Positions 1-21,990 of a DNA stretch of 64,000 bases are shown piece after piece. The translations under genes and the position numbers were made by a program. Numbering within the stretch: the stretch's first letter is position 1; each line of letters opens with the position of its first letter. This stretch comes from the human T2T-CHM13v2.0 reference genome, Homo sapiens. The notes beneath the pieces are model-generated. The model worked only from the letters and a program-made list of their open reading frames with translations. It did no database searches and was not told where the DNA came from. The stretch lies in the NCBI RefSeq assembly GCF_009914755.1, contig NC_060944.1; one strand, 5' to 3'.

Positions 1-210
1 ATAAATACATACATACATACATACATAAAATAAAAAATAAAAATAAGCTGAACGCAAAGTTGAGATATAGCACTTAATTCTATTTATAAAATTCATTTTT
101 TAATATCCTGCTTGATTATGGAAAAAAAATCCATGTAATGTAGCTGGAAAAATCATACCAGAAAAAGAAATATAACTTTAAATAAATACTGGAGAAAACT
201 GGATAAATTA

Positions 211-2014
<1,804 letters not shown>

Positions 2015-2907
2015 AAGAATTTGGTTGGCATGCAGAATGCATAATCATCATTTGCTTGAGGCAGGCCACAGAGCAAGGCTCTGAACTCTCTCATGGCTAA
2101 TGTAGAGGTGCACACAATGATCCATATAACATGATTCACGCTGTCCTTAAGATAAGAAGCAACTAGCCACGTGGAGGAAGCATAGCTTTTCCTAGGGTTG
2201 AGATGGAAAGAAATTTCTTCCATGGCTCTACAGAAATAAGACACAGAAATATTGTGAACAGCATTTACAACCTATTTACAGTAAACACGTAGCAACATGC
2301 AAAGCTATGTAACATCTTTAATTCACTGATATAACCTTCATTCATTCAATCAACCAATAAATACAGTGTCTGTTATATGCCAGGAACTATGACTGGCACT
2401 GGGGATATAAGCAGTCAACAAAAGAGAATATCCCTGCTTGTGGAGGTGATGATCTAGTTGGGAAAACACAAAGTAAACAAAATAAATATGTAAAATGTAT
2501 TATGTATCAAATGATGATAAATGTCATGATTAACAAAAATTCAGGGGAAAGGGATAAGAATTATTATTTTAGGATGGTCAGGGAAGGCCTCACTAATATT
2601 GAAATGAGAGATTGATACCTGGGAGAAGAGTATTCTGGGCAGAGAGAATGGCAAGCGCCAAGGACTGAGAAGGTATGTTTGGTGTTTCTGAGGAACCATA
2701 AGTAGGTTAGGTTGGCTGCAGCGATGTTAACGATAGGGAAAGAAATAGGAAGTAGATGAAGAATGGGCCAGAAGGTGTCGCAACCTGTAGAACATTGTGA
2801 GGACTTTGGCCGTCGGAGGGTCTTGAGCAGAGAAGGGACATGGGTTGACTCACATTTACTCAATCAATATTGAATTGAGCATCAACCACATGGCCGATTC
2901 TGTGCTA

Positions 2908-3189
<282 letters not shown>

Positions 3190-4050
3190 CTACTGTACTC
3201 CAACTTGGGTGACAGAGCAAGACCCTGTCTCACATAAAAAAAAAAAAAAAAGACAAGCATAATCACTGGTAGAATTTACATTCTATTAGTGGGAAACAGA
3301 TAACACAGCAGTAAAGAAAGAATCAAGCCAGATAACCTCTGATTCTAGACAGCCCTAGGAAGGAGAGAGTGATGAGACAGAGAGCAAGCGTAGGTCTGTC
3401 TGTGGTGAGCAGAGGCCCTTTTGAGGTCGAGACATCTGAACACAGTGCTAAAGAACCAGGAGGGGCTGGCTCTGTGCAGAGCTAGGGAAGGTCATTCCAA
3501 GCAGAGAAGGCAGCAAGTGCAAAGGCCATGAGGCAAGATGAGCCTTATGTGGGAAGAAGGAAGGTAAAGGTGGCTGCTGTGTGATAAGTCAGGGGACTTA
3601 GGTGTAGAGAGGTAGACAGACCTACATCAGACATGACCCCGTATTCTAAGATCAGTTTGGAAATCACTGGATCAAAGAAGTGACATGGGGCAAAAAAAGA
3701 AAATGAAGAAAAATAAAGAAAACACAGGGGAGAAAACAAGGAAACAAAACAAAAGCAAGAATGACATGGGTCTGAAGAGGATGACTCTGGCTATATGTAG
3801 AGAACAAATTGGAAATGGAAGCCCCCACCCCAACACACTCATGCACAAAAAAGAACTTGGAAGGTGCCAGGCGCGGTGGCTCTGCCTGTAATCCCAGAAC
3901 TTTGGGAGGCCGAGGCAAGCAGATCACTTGAGGCCAAGGATTCGAGACCAGCCTGGCCAACATGGTGAAACTCCGTATCTACTAAAACTACAAAAATTAG
4001 CCAGGCGTGGTGGCCTGCACCTGTCACTGAATGACAAACAGTTAATAAGT

Positions 4051-4347
4051 TTTGTTTTTTTTTTTTGAGATGGAGTCTCGCTCTGTCGCCCAGGCTGGAG
4101 TGCAGTTGCGTGATCTCGGCTCACTGAAAGCTCTGCCTCCCGGGTTCACGCCATTCTCCTACCTCAGCATCCCGAGTAGCTGGGACTACAGGCGCCCGTC
4201 ACCACGCCCGGCTAATTTTTTGTATTTTTATTAGAGACGGGGTTTCACCGTGTTAGCCAGGATGGTCTCCATCTCCTGACCTCGTGATCCGCCCACCTCG
4301 GCCTCCCAAAGTGCTGGGATTACAGGCGTGAGCCACCGCGCCCGGCC
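4051..4347 (-). mobile_element. AluY
   Basis: AluY diagnostics (gggttcacgccattctcc; ccgtgttagccaggatggtctc), CpG-rich; TSD taagtttt. Confidence 0.9.
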
Positions 4348-4629
4348 CTAAGTTTTATAATCATAATATTAAGAACCCCCAAACTTTATCAAGACAAAAA
4401 AGGCCACTGAAGAATTACGCTCCTAGTTTGATTACTAAATGCTTCTTCAGCATTTCCTTTTTTATTCTTTATTCTTTAGATTTCTTTGAGAATATGAAAA
4501 AAGTTAGAGACCCAGATAATATATATTTGTCAAAACTCATTGAACTGTATACTTAAATTGGATAAATTCATTGTATACAAATTATACCTCAATAAAATTG
4601 ATTTAAAAAAAAACTATGGACCTTCCTCA

Positions 4630-4983
<354 letters not shown>

Positions 4984-5409
4984 TCAGAACTGAGAAGTGA
5001 GAGAGAGAAAGAGAAATGTGAGGATCTGAAGAGGTGCCATAGTACCACTCTCTTTGAGTTGCTGGGAGATATTGAAGTTGATTTATTTAAATTTGCCTGC
5101 TGTACTCAAATATAATACTATACAGAGACTAGCCACCATGGGCCTCAGGTATTTTCAGGTTATAGTTACTATATCATTATGTTCCAGCTGTTGTGTTAAG
5201 CAATGGAGATGCAAAGATTAATCAACACAGCAACTGGCCCCAAGCTGCTCAGGAGAAGAGCAGATAAGAAGACAATGCTAAGTGCTATGATAGTACATGA
5301 GCACGAAGGGGACACAGAACCAGCCTGGGGAGTTATAAAGAGGAGGAGAAATCGGCAGTGAGGGAATGGCTTTGGATCTTTCCTCCTCTGCAACTGAAGG
5401 GCCGCTCAC

Positions 5410-5514
5410 CTTCAAGTTGAGATGTTTGGATAGGCACCTCAGAACTTGAGCCATGCTGGCCGTGGCCCGTTCCCGCTCATGGTCTTTGACTGACTGTAAC
5501 CAGGGGACCAAGTG
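5410..5514 (-). CDS. MROH8: MROH8 exon 8
   Basis: tcacag|CACTTG...TTGAAG|gtgagc; 105 nt; HLVPWLQSVKDHERERATASMAQVLRCLSKHLNLK. Confidence 0.92.
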
Positions 5515-5732
5515 CTGTGAGAAATAAAGGGAGGCTAAATGGTTTATCAGGAAGATTTGGGATACCATCCTTATTGTGTTTAGAAAGAAATGTGGAGTGA
5601 CAAGTTCCATGTTGCTACCAGATCTCAAAATACTTTGCTAAATGCTATTATAGCTCAGGTTGGAAATAAAAGTGGTAGAATGACAAGCAAGGCACAAAGA
5701 CATGGGTGGTGGGTGGTTTGGTTGTTATATAG

Positions 5733-6043
<311 letters not shown>

Positions 6044-6194
6044 CAGAGCTTATTTTCTAGACTTACTTTCTCTTCAGCCCAATTCTTCAATTAATTATTC
6101 TGTACTTCTGAATGTTTTTAGCTCTTTCAAATCTGCTTTGGAAAGAAATAAAGTTAACAACATGCTACTAATTTTAAAGTTTAACTCTGAGGAC

Positions 6195-6572
<378 letters not shown>

Positions 6573-7013
6573 CTAATGTACAAATAGAAGAGGAATGAGA
6601 AGTAGTATTAAGGTCAGTTAGGATGAGAATAAATGCCCATCAGAGCATTTAAGAAAATAAGCTAGAAAATAAGCTCCTGTAGCAGCCAAACCACTCGACT
6701 GCCTAGGTTTTTGTGCCTTGCTTGTCAGTTAGGACAACAATAAATGCATCATTTGGGTGCAAACGATTAATAATAGCTTAAAGCCTTATCCCTTTCTGGG
6801 ATATCTGCATCTTAAAAAAAGGATAAGAAAAATAAAAATAAAATAACAACAATAAAAAAAGGGTAGGAGAGCAAGATACCTGAATGCAGTGAATGAATTC
6901 CAATGAATCAATCTCTAGTGATGGAAGAGCATATACAGGAACAGGTGCAGGTCAGAGCAGTTCGTCATTATAACCTTTGAGTATCATCTGGTAGGAAGCT
7001 GCTTATTTACTAA

Positions 7014-7710
<697 letters not shown>

Positions 7711-7722
7711 AGGAATAATTTA

Positions 7723-7878
<156 letters not shown>

Positions 7879-8180
7879 CTAGGCCACAGAGCAAGACCCT
7901 GTCTCTGAAAATAAATAAACAAATAATTTATTGAAGGCCACTTATTCAATATTCACAGTAATTATTATCTCCATGTAAATGTGAAGAAATGCAACACTGA
8001 GAGAGCAAATTCCTTGCAGAATTTCTAGCGGGAGGACGTGTAACCAATGAATGGCAGAGTCAGCATTTGAACCCAAGTCTCTGACTCAAAGTTGATAGCT
8101 GATACTCTTTACTACGTTGCCTCTTACCACTGAATCCTTCCACATTTTCATCTCCCACTTTCACCAGTTAATAGGAATCA

Positions 8181-8432
<252 letters not shown>

Positions 8433-9224
8433 CTAGTAGGTTGTTTGTGGCATGAGGTAAAAAGGAATACATCTTCATTTCAAACAGACGCCTCGGCACT
8501 AGAGGGATCACAGCTGACTGAGTCTTACTACATCTGGGGAACTGCTTAAGGGTCATCAAGATTCTTTAAAGTTGGCTTGTGACTCTTTCTGATATCTTCA
8601 AACAGAGGGGAATAAAGTCCTCTTGGGTAACTGCTTTACCAACCAGTTTATTCGCCACTGAAGAAGAGATCAAGGCCTGCACGTACCCTTCCCTCTGCTT
8701 GAAAGCTTTCTCTCCAGACATACCCACACCTCTTTTCTTTCAATTATCATCCCATCATGAAGGCTTTGCCTGACCACCCATGTGCCTCCCAACCACAGGG
8801 CCCTTGATCCTGCTCTTTCCCTGCTTTACATTTTCATAACACTTATTATCAGCTGACATATTATATGCATGTATCAACAGTTTGTCTCTCTGCACTAGAA
8901 TGTAAGTTCCGTGAGTGGGACTGGACTGCTGTATTCCTACTGCCTATCATCATTTTTGGCATATGATGACATACGGCACATTGTGTGCTTAAATAAACGT
9001 TAAGCACACAAGCGAGTGCTCCCACCTTATTTTAAAGCCAAAAGGAAGGAAAGAATAAAGGGAAAAGGAAAGAAGACAAAATGAAGGGTTGAAAGAAGCT
9101 ATCTTCTAATTTAACCACCTATTTTATTTACCAGACTTGGCTTATGGTTTTTGGCTAGTTTCAAAAAATCAAATGCACTCTCCAAAGGCCAAGATCAGCT
9201 GACCCTGTGGATGGAAAGTTACTA

Positions 9225-9458
<234 letters not shown>

Positions 9459-10035
9459 CTAAAAAGGAAAGGGTAGACAGGCTAGTGTACTGTTCTGATG
9501 TGAGAAATAAATGGCATAGCTTGTCAGTCTGTTCAGATAAATCTCACAAAAGGTTAGAGGAAGAGTTTTCCCCCAAGAAGTTACTGGAGCAATATCCTTC
9601 CAGGCTTCCCTTCAGTTCAGCCACAGAGGGAAGCCTGCTACAGTCTAACGTGGTAAGCCACAATTTTCCAAAGCATATTCTGCTGAATGTTCATTTGGGG
9701 AATCATGGGTTGAATCTAGTTAAAAAACTTTTTAACCACAAGACTTCTCAGGGTCTTTGATCAGCTTAATCACTACAATATAAATCTCTGAGAGGTAAAC
9801 AATAGGCAGCCCTTCCAAATTTCTTAGAAGCCGGAACTCTAATGTCATGAGACATATATGGGAGTAACTTCCTGCCAAATATACTTTGGACAAAACTGAA
9901 CTCCAAAGAGATTCCAATAAAGTCTTTCAGATATGGATAGTAGCATATATGAAATCAAAGTGCTTACTCAAAAACACGGATTTGGCTTCCTCTTTTCTAC
10001 ATAAACAGTTTTCAAAAGTTAAAAATATGGATCAT

Positions 10036-10372
10036 GGCCAGGCGTAGTGGCTCACGCCTGTAATCCCAGCACTTTTGGAGGGTGAGGTGGGTGGATCACT
10101 TGAGGTCAGGAATTTGAGACGAGCCTGGCCAACATGGCGAAACCCCGTCTCTACTAAAAATACAAAAATTAGCCAGGCATGGTAGTGCACGCCTATAATC
10201 CCAGCTACTCGGGAGGCTGAGTGAGGCAGGAGAATTGCTTGAACCCAGGAGGCAGAGGTTGCAGCGAGTCAAGATTGTGCCACTGCACTCCAGCCTGGGG
10301 GACAGAGCGAGACTCCATTGAAATGGACTCCATTGAAAATTTTTTTTTTTGAAACAAAAAAAAAAAAAAAAA
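10036..10372 (+). mobile_element. Alu (AluS-like) with rearranged tail
   Basis: Full dimer; tail has a duplicated gactccattgaaa, then a T run and an A run. Confidence 0.88.
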
Positions 10373-10446
10373 GGGTCATGTCAGTTGGACCTGGCATTGG
10401 CCCTGAGAGGAACCAGGATGCCCGTGTAAGGGGCGTGTGGGCATCA

Positions 10447-10644
<198 letters not shown>

Positions 10645-12048
10645 TTAGGCCCCAGATGCCTGGCAGCAGGACAGTGACAGGGATAGGGGTTTATTCTCTT
10701 GAGCCAGACCCCAGACCCTGGCTCTGCCTCTTACCAGGTGTTTGAGCTGACACAAATTATTTAACCTCCTTGTGCCTCAGTTCCTCATCTGTAAAACCAG
10801 AAAACAGGAATACTTACCTTCATGGGGCGGCTATGAGTACTCACTGAGCAAATTCATGACACCCAGCAGCCCTGTGTAATTGTTAGTGTCTGTTATTCAC
10901 TCTTTTTATCACCAGTGATTATTTCTAGTTTAGGCATTCTAACTCCTCTCTCCACTAAACCAGCCATCTCTCTATGATCACATCTAATATTATTCTGAGT
11001 TACTTGTCCCGGAAAAAGAATAACTTTCCAATTTACAAACTGGCAGAGGGAAAGTGCATTGCTGTGCTGGAAAAACCCGTGGAGTGATAAGCAGGGGCTC
11101 TGGAGTGGGACAGTCCCTGGGCTGCGCACTGGCTCTGCCACTCACTCACTGTGTGAGCCTGAATGTGTCATTTAACTCCCTGTGCCTGAGTTGCCTTATC
11201 TGTATGGAGAAAATGAGCTAATGTAAATGACTGTAGCTGGCTGGACGCAGTGGCTCACGCCTGTAATCCTAGCACTTTGGGAGGCTGAGGCGGGTGGATC
11301 ACCTCAGGTCAGGAGTTCGAAAGCCGGCGCCTATAATCCCAGCTACTCAGGAAGCTGAGGTAGGAGAATCGCTGGAACCCGGGAGGTGGAGGTTCCAGTG
11401 AGCCAAGGTTGCACCACTGCACCCCAGCCTGGGTGAAAGAGTGAAACTCTGTCCCCCCAACAACAACAACAAAAAAGACTGTAGCAGAAGCCTTGCTGGA
11501 CTGTCCACCAGGCCCCTCTGGGAACTGTCCCCAACCCACAGAAATGGGTACTTCAAAGCTCTGTGTCTGCTAGGTCATTCTGTCCCACTGGCTACAGCTC
11601 ATCTGTCCCAGAGTAGACACCAAGGTCTATTAGATTCTCTCTGGAATCTGGAATTGGGACACAGAGCTTCAATCTCAGTCTGGATGGTCTTCTAAAGGAA
11701 AAAATTTAAAATTTGGAAGCACTGGTCCCTGTGGATGAGGCAACTGAGAGGGCCAATTTTGGGGAGAGAAGATGGGGGAGAGGGAGACGGGGTGGGGGGA
11801 AAGGGAGAGAGAGAGGAGAAATGGAAATTCATACAAAGGAGCAAAAATAAGATATGGAAAGTTCTCCTTGAGTATGTGGAAGGTTTTTATTTTCTAGATT
11901 CATTCCCTTCCTGGGTCAGGCTGCTCCTCCTGTCAAGGGGTTCTGGGAAGCACTCAGTGATCCTTAGAACAAATCTCACCTTTTGTGTTTCAGCTGCTTC
12001 TAGAGGATTTCTCTTACCTGCAACCAAGAAGATCTCACTAGGAACTTA

Positions 12049-12354
<306 letters not shown>

Positions 12355-13049
12355 CTTAGGATGCAGTAAGTGCTCACTAAACACTACAAGGTTCCCTTTC
12401 TTGCCCCTTTCTGAGTTTTTCTCCTCTTACTTTCCAGCTTTGGTCTGACTCCGATCTTGCTGGTGGGCTGCTGCTTTCTTCCTTATTTTCTCAAGGAGCA
12501 CATTTATTCTTGTGGCTTTATAGTCCAGAAGGGACAAAGCCTAAGACTCTATCTTTAGCCCTGACAGCTCTCCCAGGGCTCTACTCATCTGCATCTGGTT
12601 ATCTCCAGGGCACACCACTAACATCCCCAGAATTTTGGCATTAAAGTCAGTTCACTGTGGTCCCCGTGCGAAGAACACAGCTTCCTATCCTTTAATAGCT
12701 GTCAACTGTTCCCTTTCCCAGGGCTCACTAAAAAGGTGATTCATGATTCTTTCTTTTGTTCAAGCCCTACCTCCTATCAGTTATAGCATCAGCCACCCCC
12801 TGCTCTGCACGGTTTCTGTGACTCTCCATTCCTGGAGCCATACGCCTTCATATGGATGAAAGCAGCGTCTCTTAGCTGAAGCCCCGGGCTTGCAATCCCC
12901 TCTGACTTCAATTGACTTGATCCACTTCTGCCAGAATCATCTTTTCTTTTTTTAATCAGTTGGGTATTGAAGGTTTATTATTTGTTCACAGTTATGCTGG
13001 CCTCCACAGGGAATTCAAAAGTGAGAGGGTATTTTTTGTTAGTAGAGTA

Positions 13050-13500
13050 TGTGTGTAGCAGGAACTTCCTGGGTGACTGCCCAGATCACAGCAATCACCC
13101 TTTCTCCCTCGGAACGCCTCCGAAACGCAGGGTGGGACACCCAGAAGTCATATCATTACTATATGATCTTGCCCCCAGGCAAACCTGATTGATGCAGGGG
13201 TGGGGAACAGACTAGTTTGGGCCAATCAGATTTTCTCTTGCAGAATTTGGAATCTTACAGTGACAGGCACAAAGCGGGAGTTGCTAGAGGGTTGAGTCAT
13301 GGTGATGGTAGCGAAGCCCCTGCCTCTGAGACCTCTGGAGCTGTCCTGAAACTTACTTTTCTGGAGGCTTGTTTAAACCTCATCCTTAGAGTCTAAGAGA
13401 GATATCCCAGCATCCTTTTTTTTTTTTTTTTTTTTTTTTGGTAACTTACGTGAGCCAGAGGTGATTTTTGTTTCTTGCCTGAAGAATCCTAACTAATCCA
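13050..13500 (+). mobile_element. MaLR (MLT1-type) LTR remnant
   Basis: MLT1-like motifs gggccaatcaga...gaatttggaatc and terminal gaatcctaactaat. Confidence 0.55.
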
Positions 13501-13511
13501 AACAAAATTAG

Positions 13512-13865
<354 letters not shown>

Positions 13866-14299
13866 TGAATATCTTTATTTTACTGGTAGAGCTACTGATG
13901 TTCAGATAAGCTAAGTGATTTGTCCAAGGTGGGGAGGGTTTTGTGGAGGACCTCAGATATAGAATTCCGATGGAGTCCCATGGTGGCAGAGGAGAATTAA
14001 GAGGCAAATCTGGTTACATTAAAATTTTATTACAGTAGGTCTTGGTGCTCATGTCTGTTGTTGAGTCACTAAAAACCATCTCCTGGCCACTCTGCCATAT
14101 TGCAGAATGCAGAACCCTAGCCTTGGCATAGCCAAGTAGCATTCTTCAGCTTACCATCTGAAGTCCTTACCCAGTGGTCCTTTCTCTCTTCTCTCAATCC
14201 TATCCATCATATCTTTCAAAGATTAGGTCAGATCCACCTGGATTAATTTCACCCTAATCCTGCTGTCACTTTATTCTATATCCCAGTTGCCACAGCCTG

Positions 14300-14751
14300 C
14301 CTCCCTTCCCTTTCCTTCCTTCCTCTTTTTCTTTCTTTTCATTTCTCCTCTTCTCTTTTTTCTTTCGTTCTTCTTTCCTTTGTCTTTCCTTTCTTTTTCT
14401 TTCTCTCTCCTTTTTCTTTCTCTCCTTCCTTTCTTCTTTTTCTTTCCTTTCTTTTTTCTTTCTCTCCTTTTTTTTCTTTCCTTTTTTCTTTCTCTCCTTC
14501 CTTTTTTTCTTTCTTTTTTCTTTCTCTCCTTCCTTCCTTTCTCCTTCCTTCCTTCCCTGCCTCCCTCCTCTCTCCCTCCTTCCCTTCTCTTCCCCTTCCC
14601 TTCCCTCCCTCGCTCCCTCCCTCCCTTCCTCCCTTCCTTCCTTCCTTCTTTCCTTCCCTCACTCCTCTTTCTCCCTTTCCCTTCCCTCCCCTCCCTCCCT
14701 CCTCCTTCTCTTCCTCTCTCTGTCTCCCTCTCCCTCTCTCTCTCTTTCTTT
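14300..14751. repeat. ~450-bp CT-rich low-complexity tract
   Basis: Almost pure pyrimidine on the + strand (TTTC/TTCC/CT units), with only about 7 purines. Confidence 0.95.
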
Positions 14752-14911
14752 AAAGATGGGGGTCTCACTATGTTCCTGAGGCTGGAGTGCAGTAGCTATT
14801 CGTAAGTACAATCATAGCTCACTACAGCCTCCAACTTCTGGGCTCAAGTGTTCCTCCTGCCTCAGCCTCGACAGTGGCTGGGACTACAGGCAGGTGCTAC
14901 CACACCCAGCC
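14752..14911 (-). mobile_element. Fossil Alu monomer (FAM-like)
   Basis: Monomer with 7SL-type gtagctattc segment. Confidence 0.7.
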
Positions 14912-14929
14912 TCTTTTCTTTTTCATTAA

Positions 14930-15760
14930 AGTTCTCAACATTATATAATGTATATTTTTATATTATATTGTATATTGTATATTTTTTACAATATACAATA
15001 AACTGTACATATTTAAAGCATACAGTTTGATGATTTTTGATATATGTATATATCCATGAAACCATCACCATCCTCAAGAGAATGAACATTTCTATCACTT
15101 CCAAAAGTTTCTTTGTGCTACTTTGTGATTCCTCGCTCCTTCTCCTCCTCACTCAACCTCTGCCTCTAGGTTACCATTGCTCTGCTGTCACTATAGATTC
15201 ATTGGCATTTTCTCGAATTTCATGTAAATAGAATCACGCATGATATCCTCTTTTTTATCTGGGTTCTTTCACTCAGCATAACTATTTTGAGATTGTTCCA
15301 AGTTGTAGCATATTTCAATAGTTCCTTTTCATTCTCACGTAGTATTCCATCATGTGGATATACAATACCACAATTTCTTTATCCGTTCACCTGCTAATGA
15401 ACACTTGGGCTTCTTCTAGGGTTTGGCTTTTACATATAGAGCTGCTGTAAACATCTGTGCATGCATCATTGTGTGGACATATGTTTTGTTTTACCTAGGA
15501 GTGAAACTGCTGGGTCATATGGTAAGTGCATGTTTCACTTTTTAAGAAACTGCCAAATTGTTTTCCAAAGTGGTTGTGCCATTTCACATTCCTGGCAACA
15601 CTGTATGAGAGTTTTAGTTGCTCCATATCCTTGCCAATATTTGGTATTGCCTTTCTTTTTTATTTTAGCCATTTTAGTAGGTGTATAGTTGAAGCTTACT
15701 GTTGTTTTAGTTTGCTTTTCCCTAATCACAATGATCAGCATCTTTTCATGTGCTTATTTT
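14930..15760 (-). mobile_element. Old L1M 3'-end fragment
   Basis: Typical L1M motifs (ttctttcactcagcataa; ttttaagaaactgccaaattgttttccaaagtggttgt). Confidence 0.8.
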
Positions 15761-15866
15761 GAGAAATTTTTGGTGAACTCATGCCTGTCATCCCAGCACT
15801 TTGATAGGCTGAGGCAGGCAGATCACCTGAGGTCAGGAGTTCAAGACCAGCCTGGGCTGGTCTCTA

Positions 15867-16704
<838 letters not shown>

Positions 16705-18404
16705 CTGCATTTGTTTTCTGTTTGTTTTTGTTTTTGTTTTGAGATGGGGTGTCACTCTGTCACCCAGGCTGGAATAGAGTGGCTTGATCTCGGCTCACTG
16801 CAATCTCTGTCTCCTGGACTCAGCTGATCCTCCCACCTTAGCCTCCCGAGTAGCTGGGACTACAGGCATGCACCACCACATGCGGCTAATTTTTTTTTTT
16901 TTTTTAAGAGATTGAGTTTTACCACATTGCCCAAACTGGTCTCAAACTGTTTTTTTATTTGCTTGTTTGTTTGTTTCTTTTTTGAGACAGAGTCTCACTC
17001 TGTTGCCCAGGCTGGAGTGCAGTTGTGTCATCTCAGCTCACTGCAACCTCCACCTCCCAGGTTCAAGCAATTCTCCTGCCTCAGGAGAAGCTGTGATTAC
17101 AGGCGCCTGCCACCATGCCCGGCTATTTTTTGTATTTTTAGTAGAGACGGGGTTTCACCATGTTGGCCAGGCTGATCTCAATCTCCTGACCGCAAGTGAT
17201 TCGCCCACCTCGGCCTCCCAGAGTGCTGGAATTACACATGTGAGCCGCCGCTTTTTGTTGTTAAACCTGTATTATATCATCCTGTTCTTCTTAATGTATT
17301 ATTTGGAATAGTTCTCAACCTATTTACTTTTTGAAATATGGCTACTTACAGATGGATCCTAAACCCTTCAAGGGCAAGGATTAAGGTTTCCAGGAAATGC
17401 GTAACCTTTATCAAAGCACCACAGTGTGTTTGGATATAGAAGATCCTTGGTAACTGTCCATTACTTAAAACTGTTAGCTGGTTAGCCTTGAATTATAAAA
17501 GCTATCAGTCTAATCAGCCTTATAGATCTGTGATATGAGAAAGAACTACTCATATTTCTGGAGTATGTAAGAAATTTCAACATCAGAATTTTAAAGCTTT
17601 AGAGAAACTGAAGGAGACATTTCACAGATGAGAAAACTAAAACACCAAGAAGTACTTGCTTGAGTGCATCAGCTCCTTTGCAATGCCCTTCTGGATCCTT
17701 TGCCATGGAACTGACCACTCAATCTCTGCTCTCTGCCCCCCATATGCCTATTTAAACTTGTCACAGTTCCTGTGACATTTTATTATACCTTGCTTGGCTG
17801 CATAAATAGGGATTTTGTCTTCTTTGTCTTTGTAGCCCAAATTCCCAAGACAGTTCCTGGAACTGTCAGGCACTTAATGAGGGAATGAATGGATGAGTTG
17901 GTGGCAGAGTGTGGCTGGAGTAAGTACAAATAGAACAAAATACGATAACAATAATATAGTCATGTTTCTCAAGTGGCTCGTGTGTATTAGGTACCATGGA
18001 CATGGCTTATATTTATTTTGAATTTAATGGTCACAATAGCTCTGTGAAGTAGATATAGCTATTCTTGTTTTATAGGGGAGGAAACTGAGGCATTGAGAAG
18101 TGAAGTAATTTCCTACAGTTTCACAGCTATAAAAAGGCAGGGCTGTCCCCTGAACCTAGGCATATGATTATGGGGACTGTCTGGGAACTACTGCTTGAGT
18201 CATGAGAATGTAGCGTTGGCCTTGCTGAGAAATTCAAATGCTGTTCCTGTCCTTTCTACTCTTCTTTTAATTGGTTTTCAAGGGTGATTACATGTGTGGG
18301 GTGGCCATGAGTATTTCTCCTCCATGTGGAGATACTGATACTAGAAGAGTTCAAGTGAATTGATAACATAGGTGAAGCCACTAAAAAATGCTTTGGCCAA
18401 GTCA

Positions 18405-18668
<264 letters not shown>

Positions 18669-18888
18669 TTAAATATCTGACATCTCTTTCAACCCAATAT
18701 CAGTCTTTTATTACAAAGAATGAGTAAATTACGGAAGATTTCAGTGAAATTCCTTGTCCGCTGGCCCTGCCTTGCTTTGAGACCTCGGCTCTCCTCTCAG
18801 CTCCATGTTCCATCCTGGCTTTCCCCACTCTTAGTCTTTGCTTTTCTACCTGCCTGTCCTGTGTAGTGTTGCCTGATTAAGCTTCCTA

Positions 18889-20601
<1,713 letters not shown>

Positions 20602-20869
20602 GTCCAGTGTCCTTTCTAAGTGTATCTACAAACCACATGAATAAATTGCTATCACAGCACTTGCGATACTCTGACATAATGACCTTCTTATTAATCTATT
20701 TCCCTGACTGACTGTGGAATCAGCTCAAGGCAGGTAATGGGCTTTTTTGTTTCAATTCATGGCAGCAATCCAAGCCCTTCATTAACTACAAAGAAATCGA
20801 AAGAAAACCATGCTGATATGAAGTATAAGGATTAGCTGAAGTCAAAAGTGAAGGCCAACATGTTGGCTT

Positions 20870-21480
20870 TAAATGTTTTATTTTTATTTTTCATTGGTAT
20901 TCTACATAAAGAAAATGTACAGTTTGGTGGATTTTCACAAACCAAAAAACACCCTGTAGCCAGCAACAGATTATTACTAGCATTCCTGAAGTTTCCCTCA
21001 TCCTCCTTCCAGTGGAGGCTCTGTGTGGTTTTGTGTGTATGTGTATGTGTGTGTTTTGTGTGTGTTTTGGTAAATTGACAAATTATGGTTGTATATATTT
21101 ATGCGGTACAAAGTGACAACATGATTTTTAAAAATGTATCATACAGTAAAACTGATTTCGGCAGGAAGCATGTGGTTCCATGTGTTATAACACACACATA
21201 CACATGTGTAACCATCACCACAATCAGGATACGAACAGTTCCACCATCCCCTAAATTTCTCTCCTGCTATCCCTTTTTAGTCACATCCTCTCCCCACCCT
21301 AATGCCTAGGAATCACTAATCTGTTCTGCATCACCATGTTTTGTCTTTTCAAGAATGTCACACAACTGGAATCATACAGTCTGTAACCTTTTCTGATTGG
21401 TTTCTTTCACTCAACACAATGCCTCTGCGATTCATCTTTGCTGTTGTATCGATAGTTCCCTCCTTTAATTGCTGAATAGT
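20870..21480 (-). mobile_element. L1M fragments
   Basis: L1 3'UTR-like motifs (gtaaccatcaccacaatcaggata; caagaatgtca...gaatcatacagt). Confidence 0.7.
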
Positions 21481-21643
21481 ATTATATTTTTTGAGACAGG
21501 GTCTCGGTCTGTTTGTGGCCCAGTTTGTTTATCTGTGAATAGTCTTTAATCTTACTACTCCAACTTCTTCCCTGCGTCTAGCATAGTGCCTTATAAATGG
21601 TAGCTGTTCATTCATTACTTGTTGATTGGGTGAATGGGATTTA

Positions 21644-21733
<90 letters not shown>

Positions 21734-21827
21734 TCAAGACCTGCTTGGTCAACATGGTGAAACCCATGTCTACTAAAAATACAAAAATTAGCTGGGCAAT
21801 GGTGGCACGTGCCTGTAATCCCAGCTA

Positions 21828-21990
<163 letters not shown>

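Noticed and set aside
6880-6987. Minus-strand segment with AG/GT boundaries between MROH8 exons 7 and 8
   Set aside because: Early in-frame stop (MILKGYNDELL*) and a weak acceptor; exons 7 and 8 already join in phase.
14271-14805. 165-172 aa K/E/R-rich and F/L/S/P-rich ORFs
   Set aside because: Artefacts of the CT/GA low-complexity tract.
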